Source: Paraspadella gotoi
Taxonomy: Eukaryota > Animalia > Chaetognatha
DNA: 64,000 bases
Reading direction: 5' to 3'
NCBI GenBank assembly: GCA_051294375.1
Contig: CM119263.1
Span: 19,930,115-19,994,114 of the forward strand
Shown here piece after piece: positions 1 to 12,300 of the stretch. Under the pieces are notes generated by a model. The model had not been told where the DNA came from. It saw only the letters and a list, made by a program, of their open reading frames with translations, and searched no databases. Made by a program: the position numbers and the translations under genes. Every line of letters begins with the position of its first letter. The stretch's first letter is position 1.

Positions 1-1
1 A

Positions 2-1246
2 CGAGGTTTGCCGAAACCATTTAGAAACCATAAAATCTCAATTATTAAGAAGGATTCACTTTGTGTGGAAAGTTCATTACGGTCACCAACCCATTCAAAC
101 AATCTTAATTCAGATGCCCGAGCTGCCTCCTCCAATGTCGTTTCATATTCCCAGTCAAAACCTAAAAGCGATAAGACTTCCACGAGCTCGTTGAAGACTT
201 TGAGCAAAAGTGTTAAAACTTCCAATCAGCAGGATATTCGAGTTATTGAACATGAGGACGATATTTTCGAAGAAGTTCCTAGGGATCCTTTGGCCATATT
301 TTCTGAAAATCTCGAAGATGATTCCGATCACGAAGGAACCTTACGTATAGACACTACAGATGAAAGTGAAACGGCACAAAACTTAGAGCCCGAGATTAAA
401 ATCGAGCATAACCAAAAGAAGTCCAACTCACAAGTGATCATTACTTCAAGTTTAGATAAATGTGATTTTTGCAGTGACCAGGTAATTTACGACGATGCTT
501 CTCTATTGAAAGAACACATTCAGCAAATTCACCCTTTTCGTTGCAAATTCTGCTTCTTAGATTTTAAAGACGCCGATGAACGTTACACCCATTTAATACA
601 TTGCGTTGAGTATATGAAAGGGCGTAAAGTTTGCTCTTTTTGTGAAACCATCCGTTTTGATAAGCCGATTTCAAAAGAAAGGCATGAAAATACCAAACAC
701 CATAAAAAGTTGCGTCGTCTCACTAATGATGCATATTGGAAAGGGGTCAACGATATGGGCAATAAATATCGTAAGTATGGCTTATACATTGACCCCTTAC
801 ACGCCACACAGGATACCGAGCTCGGACACGCTCTCGATGCTTCACCCGATCCCTCTCGCGATGCCTCGCTCGAGGCCCCTCGCGATGCCTCGCTCGAGGC
901 CCCTCGCGATGCCTCGCTCGAGGCCCCTCGCGATGCCTCGCTCGAGGCCCCTCGCGATGCCTCGCTCGAGGCCCCTCGCGATGCCTCTAGTGATGTCTCA
1001 CGCGATCCCCCTCGCAATGCCTCGCTCGACTGCGCAACTGATGTCGCACTGAATAGTGCTTTAAATACAGCACTAGAAACCACTCTCAATTCCACACAAT
1101 TTACTGAACTAAATGCTATGAACCAAACCGAACAAGAGAGCAACCACATAACCACTAACGATTCTGTGATCGTCAACATGAATTCTGTTGAAGTGCTACT
1201 GCCCGACTTTGCATCGGGTTTTAGAGAATTTGATTATAATTTATAA
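2..1246 (+). CDS. 5'-truncated long ORF/last exon with C2H2-like zinc fingers and an 8-aa repeat
   Basis: Frame open from window start; CxxC...HxxxH motifs (CDFC..HIQQIH, CKFC..HLIH, CSFC..HENTKH); DASLEAPR repeats. Confidence 0.6.
   Translation, partial: RGLPKPFRNHKISIIKKDSLCVESSLRSPTHSNNLNSDARAASSNVVSYSQSKPKSDKTSTSSLKTLSKSVKTSNQQDIRVIEHEDDIFEEVPRDPLAIFSENLEDDSDHEGTLRIDTTDESETAQNLEPEIKIEHNQKKSNSQVIITSSLDKCDFCSDQVIYDDASLLKEHIQQIHPFRCKFCFLDFKDADERYTHLIHCVEYMKGRKVCSFCETIRFDKPISKERHENTKHHKKLRRLTNDAYWKGVNDMGNKYRKYGLYIDPLHATQDTELGHALDASPDPSRDASLEAPRDASLEAPRDASLEAPRDASLEAPRDASLEAPRDASSDVSRDPPRNASLDCATDVALNSALNTALETTLNSTQFTELNAMNQTEQESNHITTNDSVIVNMNSVEVLLPDFASGFREFDYNL
857..1030 (+). repeat. 24-bp coding tandem repeat (CGCGATGCCTCGCTCGAGGCCCCT), about 5 perfect copies plus degenerate ones
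   Basis: Read directly; encodes RDASLEAP. Confidence 0.95.
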
Positions 1247-1457
1247 ATTTGTATAATCCTAATACATTTTTGATTGTTTTATCCTGAAATTTTTCCAGTT
1301 ACTTTCCAAGTCTTATTATCAACATGCAACACCTAAAAAGGTTTTTTGTTTTTCATGATTTGATATTTCGTTAACTTTTTCAGTCGAATCAAATATTTTT
1401 TAAAAGAACCGAGACTTTCGCTGTGATTCTTTTACGTCAACAAACTCTTTATGAACA

Positions 1458-3286
1458 ATGACGTCTCTTCGCCAAACGCCATTAACCTGTTCCGGTCACA
1501 CGAGACCTATTACGAATCTCTCCTTCAGCGAAATTACTGAGCATGGTTATTTCTTGATATCAGCCTGCAAAGATGGAAAACCCATGCTACGACAGGTGAG
1601 TACAATTGAAATACATCAATTAATCTGGTTCATTGTGATTTCTTAGTCCCTGACGAGATTTTTAGTAAGCCCAGTTTGTTTGTGTTGTTGTTTTTGTTAA
1701 GTTTAGTCACTTGCGTTATTATAACAAGTTTCGTAAATAATTAGATAAATTAAAATTATTGATTTCAAATATATTTTGTAATTACATTGTGTACCCAGGG
1801 CGACACCGGAGATTGGATAGGGACTTTCGAGGGACACAAAGGCGCAGTTTGGTCGTCAGCTCTCAACCGTGACGCCACTAAAGCGGCAACAGGTCAGGCG
1901 TCAGTTTGATCTGGTTTCAACGAGATAAATATTTTTAAATTTTTTTCCCTCTCTCCCGAATGTAATCCAGGAGCGGCGGACTTTTCTGTGAAGCTTTGGG
2001 ACGCTTTAAGTGGAGATGAAATCGAAACGTTCCAACACAAACACATTGTTAAGTCTGTCGCCTTTTCTCATGACGAAGGGTCGCGTTTGCTAACTGGTAG
2101 CAACGAAAAAATTGTACGGGTTTTCGACCTCAATAGGCCTTCGGGTACTAATCTTTCACTTTTTTCTTACTAAAATCTACCCCTTTCAAATTATGTGCAT
2201 CTTTTTTCAGCGGAGCCTCAGACTTTTTTGGGACACACTGGCGCCGTAAAAGCCGCCATCTACACCCACGATCACCGACAAATTCTGACGGCTGCTGACG
2301 ACCAAACCATCCGACTTTTTGATGTCAATTCCGGTCAAGAAGTGAACAGGATGGAGGTTCCTGCTTGTCCCACAGATTTGGAATTGAGCCAAGACTCGTC
2401 GATCATCACAGTCACTTTCGGTGAGTTCGTAAATTTGCATTTTTTTCGGTTTGACGCTAATTTTTACCATCAACCAACCTTCAGGTCGACAGGTTTCGTT
2501 TTGGGACACCTCTTTCCATCCCATAAATTCGTTCGAAATGCCTACGACGATAAATTCCGCTTCTTTACACCCGTCCAAGGTTGATACGTAAATAAACTAA
2601 AAAGTGAAGAATTTTTAGTATTCTCGTCAGTCGACACGCGAGTCTCCCTTTTTAATATTTTTTAGGACTTTTACGTTTGTGGAGGAGAAGATTTTAAGAT
2701 GTACAAGTGCTCGTATTCGACCGGAGAAGAAGTAGAAGCGTTTAAGGGTCATTTTGGTCCAGTGCATTGTGTCAGGTAAATTTGAAAGAGAAGAAAATCG
2801 GTATAAAATACTAAACTTTAGTACGTTATCTTTTGCATTTGGTGGGCTGGCTCAAATTAATACGCTCATAAAACTAAAATGAAAATTTTATATCGATTAA
2901 GGTTCTCCCCTGACGGCGAATTGTACGCATCTGGTAGCGAGGACGGTACTTTACGATTATGGCAGACAATAATTGGGAAGACTTATGGTAAGACTGTATT
3001 TTTAAAATTGTATGGGCTATGGGTGATACTTAACAAGAGGATTTGAAACTTTCTCAGCCAATGTTTTTACGGTTTTTCTTAGCATTTTCAAAGGATAATG
3101 GGTAATTTAGAATTTTATTTTATCTTATATCTATCAAATAATTAGCTTATGACTCTTGACGTAATATGAACGAATTCCTTCCCTTCCCCTTTCTCATTTT
3201 TAGGACTCTGGAAGTGTGTAAACCCTTCGTCAGAAGTCGTACCGATCGAAAACGGTTTTGCCGGCGGACGTGGGGTAGAATCTTGA
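1458..3286 (+). CDS. STRAP: Serine-threonine kinase receptor-associated protein (UNRIP), WD40, multi-exon
   Basis: [33 protein letters not shown]|[18 protein letters not shown]; [30 protein letters not shown]; GT-AG introns. Confidence 0.95.
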
Positions 3287-4226
3287 TCGTTTGCGACAGC
3301 TCCTAGTGATCTCACCCGCATCGCCTATTCCGTTAAAATTTTGGGTCAAAGTTCCTATCTGAATGCAAACATACTCTCGTTCTTGGCTTTGCCCCATTGG
3401 TTCTCTCTATTGTCCCTCTTTTGATGTAGTACATACGTCTTGACGTAAGCGTTCTCTCGTGACGCCTCTCAAAGTTTAGCAAGTCCCAACAAGGAGTCAT
3501 TTTTAACTTAAGATACAAATTCCATTGAAAAAACCTAGCGAAATTTATTTTCTTGTTCATCTGTGATTTGATTTTTTTCACGCGTCGTGCCCCTCAACCC
3601 TCTTCTCGGCTGATAGTTCTTCAAAGATTGAGGAACGGGCAAAGTCGTATAGAAAGTATATGTACGAATACGAAAAGTAGAAGCAGAGAGAAATGACGAT
3701 TCGCCAACGTTGTAAGCGATACCTGCTGATCCGTACTTTTGGTTATGCAATATGCAGACAAATATTATATTTTAACTTATTGTTTTCTATCTTGTCTTCG
3801 TGATCCTATTTTTTAAATCAGAAAATATAGTATTCTATTGGATCAGTATTGTTTCGCTGAGCAATTTTTCGATCGTTACATGCAATATGCTTAAATCGCG
3901 GTAAATAAAATGCAAGTATAATGTAAGTACTATATTTGGATTGGTGGGATAATTTCGGCAAGTCTCGTTTTTATTGCATGCCGAATAACACTTATTCTTA
4001 TTTTTTACTCTTTTTTTCGCACTAAGCTGCATGCGACTTCTCCGAACTTGTTTGTTTGGAAAAATTATTCGTTCCGCGATATGACGATTCGACGTCTTTG
4101 GCTTTGCGTTGTGCAACCATCGGTTCACTTTCTCCCCCCAAATCAATTGTTGAACGGTTGATTTCAAGCTTCGATCGAAATTTTTTTATTATATACTAAT
4201 TTACCAGTTGAAGTTGATTTTAAACT

Positions 4227-6275
4227 ATGTCGACGGAAGACCCTGAAGCTCACGTGGCCGACAATTCACGGGGAAAGTTCTCTTCCGGTCACGACTTTTG
4301 GGTGAATTCCTTGGGTGCCGCCGAACGGGTCGTCGCACCCATGGTGGAGCAGAGCGAACTAGCCTGGCGCCTGCTAAGTCGAAACCATGGCGCTCAACTT
4401 TGCTATACGCCTATGATACATGCCAACGTTTTCGCCAGGGACGCCACTTACAGAAAAGAAAATTTTCAGGTATTGAGACTGTATGTCGAACGTTAGTTAC
4501 TTAATTTTAAGTTTCATTATTATTAGTATTTCGTACATTGCACAATGTTCCTATTTTCAGACTTGCTCCGAAGATCGTCCCCTCGTCGCACAATTTTGCG
4601 CCAACGACCCGCAGACTCTTCTCGAGGCGGCGTCGAAAATTCAAGACTACGTCGACGCGGTTGACATTAACCTCGGTTGTCCTCAGACCATCGCCAAGAA
4701 GGGCCATTATGGCGCCTTTCTCCAGGACGAGTGGAATTTGATTGCCAAAATGATCGGCGCCCTCCATCGAGGTCTTGATGTCCCTGTCACTTGCAAGATT
4801 CGCGTCTTTGATGGAGATCCGGAAAAAACCGTTCGCTATGCCAAGGTTTGGTTTTTTTTTTTAGTTATAGGGTATGGATGCGACATCACGAGTAACATAA
4901 TTTATGCTAATTAATGAAGTTTTTTACAATTATATGAGACTTTTTTTTTGCAGATGATTGAAAAGGCAGGCTGTGCCTTGCTTACAGTTCACGGCAGACA
5001 CCGAGATCAAAAGGTATACTATACAGTTCTATCCTCCATTCGGTTTTTAAAAAGAATATTTAATTATTTTTAAAAATTTAGGGAATGCTTACGGGTTTGG
5101 CGGATTGGGACGTGATTCGACGTGTTAAAGAAAGTCTAAGCATTCCAGTCTTCGCGAACGGTAACATTCAGTACTACGAGGATGTTGAAAGGTGTCTAAA
5201 GGTGAACCCTCGATTATGCTTTTGAGATTATAGATTTGAGCCAGAAATTTCGAATTTTTATATGATCGTAAATTGTATTCTGATAACATATATTTGTCTA
5301 ATAGGCAACTGGCGTGGACGGAGTAATGAGCGCCGAAGGTAACCTCCACAATCCCGCTATCTTTGAGAAGGGTCTATTCAAGAATTATGAGATGGCGACA
5401 GAATATATGAGCCTCGCGGCTAAGTGAGTAGAACTGATTTTAATTTTTCTGTCATGCTTCTCTTCATTTTTTGTTTTCTGTATCTTTGAAGGTACCCGTG
5501 TTCAAAGTCTTGCATAAGAGGGCACCTTTTTAAGCTGTTCCATCACTCGCTGGTAATTCATCAAGATCTGAGATCGAAGCTTGCCGTCTGCGACACCCAG
5601 GTTAGATAAAATCCAATTATAATGAATCTTGGTGTACATTTCAGCGCCACATGAATATAATAAGTAATTACCGACTCCATTTTTAGAACGACTTTCTCAG
5701 TTTTATCAGCGAAATAAAATCTCGAATTCTTGTTGATGAACTCCGTGCTGACGCAAAGCTGGAAGACATAAATCGTGATCCCCCCGTTCCCCTTCGCTTT
5801 CCTCACTGGATTTGTCAACCGTACGAACGTCCTAAGTCTGCGCACCCTACGAAAGGCGCGCAGGAACGCCAGGATGTCGCTCATCTGCAGAGAAAGCGCC
5901 ATCTTCAGGCTGCCGGAGAAGAAATGGAGAAAGACGGGAAAAAAGTTTCAAAAAATCAGCTAAAGAAATTATTAAGGTAGGTGAATGAAAACGGGTCAAA
6001 TTTTGACAATTTTCAGTTGTAACTTGTGTGTACATTGTAGAAATCCTGGGAAAACGTTTGGCGCAAAGAAAACGGTATACCAATCATGTTCTAAATGTGG
6101 GAACCCGTCTGGGATGACATGTGCCCATCGCGCATGTCGAGCCTGCTGTCGGAAGTTGTCCATCGAAGAGCGTCAAATCTGCGAAGCTCATTATAAAGAA
6201 AAAATATCCAAAAATAAAGCGGAAGAACCCGCAAAATTGTTGGAAATACCCGACAACAATAACTTTAATTCTTGA
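4227..6275 (+). CDS. DUS1L: tRNA-dihydrouridine(16/17) synthase-like, multi-exon
   Basis: [56 protein letters not shown]-terminal Cys cluster. Confidence 0.93.
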
Positions 6276-6473
6276 GAAATCGTCTATTTATCAATGTTAT
6301 GCTTTATGAGCTCTTTACGAGCCTTCCCCTTTAATGTTATTCCCGTTTTGTTTTTTTTATTTAATTATTTTCTGATAATTATTTTTTTACAATTATAATA
6401 GAAAATGTCACGTGGAGATTCTTTACGAAGGACGGTTACGTTTTGAAACCTCCTATACCTCCGTCTACTCAAG

Positions 6474-8820
6474 ATGGCGGTTGAGTCGACGGTCGTGGCC
6501 GAGTACCGCTTCCGCGGATTCGATTATCACGTTACTCTAGTTGTCGGGGACCGATCGGTGACCAAAGGGCAGACTATGACTGTCGAGGTCGAGGACCGGG
6601 CGACGGCCGATAGGTGGAAGGGCGTCTTCGCTGCCGATTACGTGCAAGAACTGACCCAAAAGACTGGCAACTACAAACAGTTCGACGTTTTTGTCAGCAT
6701 GATGGAATCGGCCTTGACGAAATCTAGCGACTCTGTCACGCTCGACCTGCTGACTTACGCCGATCTTCAGAAGTTGAGAAATCAAGTACTTGACTGATTG
6801 TTGGTTCAACTTCCTCTGTCGCAAAAATTAAGTTCTTGTTACACCTTCAGAAATCTGTCTCGAATCCGCCAGCATCGGAGTCGCTGACGTCGAAGCGTTA
6901 TCTCATCCTTACTTACAGCGTCGAGTTCGATAGGATTCACTACCCTATGCCGCTCCCATACCTTGGCAAACCTGACCCAGTGGCTCTGTTGCAGGTTTTA
7001 ATGCTTTTTTTCAATTAAGCAGCGACTGATGTTTATCTTGTTCAGTATCGGTAAAAAAAAATTGCCTTGCTTCCAATAAGACGATTCGTGATTTACGACT
7101 GGAAAACGATGAATTGAAGCGTCGATTGACCCTTGAATCAACCTTCACCGAAAACGGTGAGTGAAATCCAAGGATTCGTTCATGATTTATACCAATTTGC
7201 CACGACTGGAAAGAAACCTTTGCCCATTTACACCACTCGATTAGATTACGAAAAAAGGCTCGAGGAAGCGATGACGAAAAATCAGGAGTTGGAAGACCGC
7301 GTCCAAGGTAATTCGTCATCGTGCCCTTGCTCTACTCAATAAGTTGTAAATTTCACATCCTTCAGAATTGACGTCAGAATTGGCTGTTTTTCGCGAGGGT
7401 CGAGCCTCTAAAGAAATACGAATGCTCAAAGGGGTCGTGGAGTCGATGGAGAGCGACCTTATGAAAGAAAAAAACAGACATCAGAGATCGGCGGACAAAG
7501 CGCGACAGGAGTCGCGGAGCTTGCGAGAACAGATCGAGACGCTAAGATCTTCTGAAAGCGACCTCAAGGTTTTCGCTCTCGAAGTTTGAAGCCGCGATGA
7601 TCACCCTCAACAAATAACCTGATCCTTCCTCCTGTTTTCTGATTAGTTTCGCGTGAAAAACCTCGTTGCTGAACTTTCCTCTTACAAACGGGCGTCGGTC
7701 GCCCTACGACCTCGGAATTCACCTTCACCTCGTCCCGGGCTTCGCAATTCTCTAGATTCTCGACCCTCCCGTTCCTTGACGCGCACTTCCAGTGGCGATC
7801 GAACAGTGCAGCAACCTGCGCGCAGTTCTTCTCGCGGTGGCGGCGGTTCCTTGTTTCCTCGCGAACGCACCTCTTCTATAGAACGATTCGCCCGACGACG
7901 GACGGCTTCCGGAGAAATGAAGTCAGAGAGGGCGCCGCCGGCGCCCAGAGCGGGGCAGTCGGCGACGAGACTCAGCGATCAATCGAGTACAAGATGGCGA
8001 TCGACCAAAGATAGATCGAGAACTAGATTAAGCGGCGGCGGTTCAGCGGCTAATCGAAGCCCCTCTCCAGTCGCGCCTTTCAAAAGGTTTAATCCCACGG
8101 AATACGTGAAACAGAAAAAAGCAAAAGAACGAGACCGAGATCGAAGGGTTTCGTCCGAAAAGCGTTACAGACTAGGAAGCGGAGGCGGCACGGGTGGCGT
8201 CAAAAACTCCAACGCCCTTTGTCCTAAATATGATGCAACCTCTTCGCGTTCAAGAGGGTTAATGAGCGCCAGTCCGCAAGAGATAGGAAGTGCTCTTCGT
8301 CGACGAACCTCAAGCGGAGAGAGTCTGGCTTCCAACAGCAGGTCTGAAGGAGTGGCGATGCGACATTGAGTTTTCATTTCTATATTATTTTTTATTTATT
8401 TTCTATATATTAATTTTTGTATTTAGAACTTCGTCGGTTGAGTCACTCTGCAGTCAGAGAAGCCACGAACGAAATAGAAAATCCTCCAAATTGAGAAAGA
8501 CGTCACCCGTCAGAACAAAAGTTAACGCAAACGCGAATTCTTATCTTAAACCGAAAGACAGCAATCGGAGCGCAGCTGGTGCAGTTAACAATAAATCGGC
8601 CCAAGCGACGATTTCTCCAACCGTTAAATCTTTGGACAAAGAAAACTTGCCTGCCGAAGATTCTTTGAACGACACGAACGACGTCAGCGCCGCCGTCGAG
8701 GACGTTGGAAATGACCTCAGCGCAGTCTCGTTTCCCGCAGATCATGAAGACGAAATGGCTGAGATTGATGCCCGACTGAATGCCTTACAAAGCTTTATGA
8801 AGTCCATTGGTCATGAATGA
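6474..8820 (+). CDS. CCDC61: Centrosomal coiled-coil protein CCDC61/VFL3
   Basis: ELTQKTGNYKQFDVF, LDLLTYADL, KRYLILTYSVEFDRIHYPMPLPY, RFNPTEYV, C-terminal EIDARLNALQSFM. Confidence 0.92.
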
Positions 8821-9307
8821 AGATTTACGAATTTTCCTTGACCTCTCCGTAATTTTATTAGTATTTGCATGGTTGTTTCTTCTAATTATTTTATACTAGA
8901 ATTATATATTATTACTACATATCCGTCCGTTGTCTAAGAGACAATTTTTTTTAGATCTCGAGCCTAAGTGTTTTTTTTTTCTTGTTGATTTGTACGTTCA
9001 TCTGATGAATTTTCACTCCCGATTTTTTTTCGGCCGAGTAGGGGAATCGACTCGTAGATTTCAAAATGATATAAGGATTTTCTCTCTTTTATTTTAGATT
9101 TAATATTATGACAATGGAGAGGGACGTCAGTTTTGGTTGTACTGGAGAATCGAGAAATTCTTTTTGACTCTTCAAGGCGAAAATTGATATATTTGAAGCA
9201 CAAATCCGTTTAAAACCAAAACGGGAGAAACATTGGTAACTAAATCAAGCTTGAGACGTATTCATAATCGCAATAAATTTTATTGTTTGTTGCACTGAGC
9301 CGTGATC

Positions 9308-12300
9308 ATGACGACAATGGAAGTCCCCGAAACGGAAATGATCGCGCGGATCGAATCCGCTGCTAAAGTGATGATGTCGCCCCCATCGATAGTCAGCAAG
9401 TAAATATAATTCAATGGGGGAATAAATTTTTTGAACTGAAAATGTTTTAAAATATATATTGTAATTCGAAGGGCACAGCGAACGGCGGCTGAGAAAGTAC
9501 TGCTAGACTTTCGTCAATCGGCCAAACCTTTCAAAGTCTGCTCCCACCTTGTCCAGCATTCCAGTAATGATTTCGTCCGATTCCAGGTACAACTGATTAT
9601 CTAATATCTATCTTTGAAAAAAATATTCCTGCTGTTTGTAATTTTTGGGTCCACTCTGAAATTGCGCTCTTTGCTTCTTCGAGGCTGTGTCGACAATGAA
9701 AGACGCCATCATTCGAGAGTGGGCCCTTTCCTGCGATGACGACATTCAGCAGCTTCTGTCTTTTCTCCTAGACTACGTCGTTAACCACGCCAATTCTCAG
9801 GCGAGTTTATTGAACCAAAAAGATTTTGAAAAGTTTTTACTCGACCAGTCAATCGATTTCTCTTTTCCTTTTTTAGGCGTACGTTCGTGAGCAAATACTG
9901 TCCACAATTGCGGTGGTTTTGAAACGCAGTGCCCTAGACAAAGACCCCTCTCGTTTCGCCGCTTACCGCAGCCAATTGTTCGAGAAAGTGGCGGAGCTGC
10001 TAAAGCATCCCGACGAAGCTTTGCGCATGATCGGATGCTCGGTTCTCGGCAATCTGCTAAACGAGTTCTCGTCCTCTTCACGGTCCTCGGCGTTGGGCGT
10101 CGCCTGGGATTTTCACACGGACGCCAAGGAGGCCTTCGAAAAACACGACTTGAAGGAGGTAAGCTTTGTCCTGGATGCTATCCGGGAGACTTCGTAGATA
10201 ATCTCCATTCTCATGATTTGAAATATCTATTTGTCAAGATTCTGACTCTAATCCTCCACATGCTGCATCGTCTCGACGAGTCTCCCCCGTCGGCCTCGAC
10301 CCGCAGCGTGGTCGTCTTATGGAATCGACTTTTGTCCCTCGTCGTTCAAATATTTAGCTGGGAATTTGTTAGAACTCAACCAAAAGGTCAGCGTCGTATA
10401 ACTTGTACGATTAATCAATTAATTAATAATCAATCATCAATCAATGTTAAACGTTAACTAAATTTTTTCTCGCAGCTCTCAAAAGACGATTCGGTTCCTT
10501 CGAGGCCACAGGGACTGTAGCCTTCCGACCTCCGCTCTCTTGGCGCCAGGTTCGCTTCCGTAAATAGGCGAGGTCAAATTTTTTTTTTTATTCAATAACA
10601 TTTTATGAATTCCAGCTTCTCTTTACGTCGTCATTGCTCAAGTTTTTGTTCAAGATTCACCATCGAGTAAGGCATAATTCCGAACTATGTCACCATTTAT
10701 TTCAGGTTTGTTGTTTCATTTATTTATTATTTCAATAATCATACAATGTAACATAAATTATTAGCCATGTTGTTACCGCAGTGCTTAACTCATCTGGCGT
10801 CATTGGGAAACCACATATCCATCTTCGCCAAAGACGATGATCAAGTGGCTTTCCTGAAAGACTTCGTAGAAGGAGTTCTCGGAATAATGCGGACGAGGTT
10901 GAAGCTGTTTTTGAAACATGACTCTTCCGAGCTAAAAATTTTGAAATCACTATCGTTCTGTGAAATTGGTCCAACCAATTTGATCGGATATCCATGCAAT
11001 TTAGTTACCGTGATCTTCTTTTCAGTGCCGTTCAAGATTACGAATCCCCTGGGCTTTCGTCTACGGTCTCTCAGCTTCTTCGATCTTTTTCTCCTTCTGT
11101 CTTTATGTCACTCCCGGGCGAGCTCTTTTCAAATTTCATCTACGGTTTGACACACCTAACGCGCCAGTTTGGTGCTCAAGCCGCGAACGAGGAGTCGGCT
11201 AATAAGGTCAGTGTAAAGGTATATTACGTAATCATAATAATGCAAATTCGAAAATTTTCGTCCTGATTTCGAAATCTCTCTTTGAGCAGGAAGATCATCT
11301 ATTCCTCGAGGGATACGAGACGCTTCTTCGAGCCTGGATGACTCTGTTGGACAACACCAAAGATTTCGCGCCGGCGACTTTTCGTCTTCCGGCGCTCGAC
11401 ATCGTCAATGGTTTTTTGCAGGTGCATCAAATATGACGTTTGTTGGCCTAAGATACCTCATTATTAATGTTAAATATTGTGAGTTAATTTATTTTGTTAT
11501 TTCGTTACCATTTTTCAGAGTCATCTTGCGCCCCCCGACGGAAATCGTGGCGTCGGCGAAAAAGCCGCGGAAGACGACGATGAGATCCAAGATGAAGACG
11601 GCGACGACAAGGAGAACATGAGGCGAGTTCAAAGTTTAAATTCGCAACAACAAACTCTTACTTCTTGTAGGCAAACGCAAACTAATTAGTACTTACTAAG
11701 TACGTACTATTTATTCACAGATCTCAGCTGATTTGTGTGGGAAAGTTCTTCCGCGAAGCCGTGGATCATGGATTGCCTCTTCTCAATCGCGTCCTCGACG
11801 CCAGAATCGTCACGTTTAAGTTGTCTATTCAACGCCTTATCAACGGCGACAACGCGGAGGCCCCCTCTGTGTTTAGCTTGTTCGAGGTTTGTACCAGTTA
11901 AACTTTACCATTTTTTACATTAATTGCTGGTAAGGTCGATCGTTTTCTCCAAGGATCTTCACTGGTTGATTCTTTTGGCATCGCACGCGACAGTCGAAGA
12001 GGATGAGGATTTTTCCAGCTCCTTCAAAGCGCTACCTTCGGCACCCATCCTAGAGCATCTCTCACACAGCGCTAAATCGGGCGCTATTGATGAACAAAAA
12101 ACCGCCGAGGTTTGGCGATTAATTTAGTTCTGCTTTTAATAGGGGTAGCCCAACTCAATAGGGTGAGTCAAAAATTTTGAGTGAGTACATTCTCAAACGA
12201 AAATTTATACACTTTTAAGAATACTTTCAATGGACAGAAAATTTTTAATATGGCTCTATACTCTAGTAATTAATTTTTTAATATTTATTTATAGATAGGA

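Noticed and set aside
857-1030. 24-bp repeats as a CRISPR array
   Set aside because: Head-to-tail with no spacers, in-frame within an ORF, eukaryotic context
9001-9040. Additional hammerhead (CTGATGA); also at about 41058
   Set aside because: No helix II followed by GAAA
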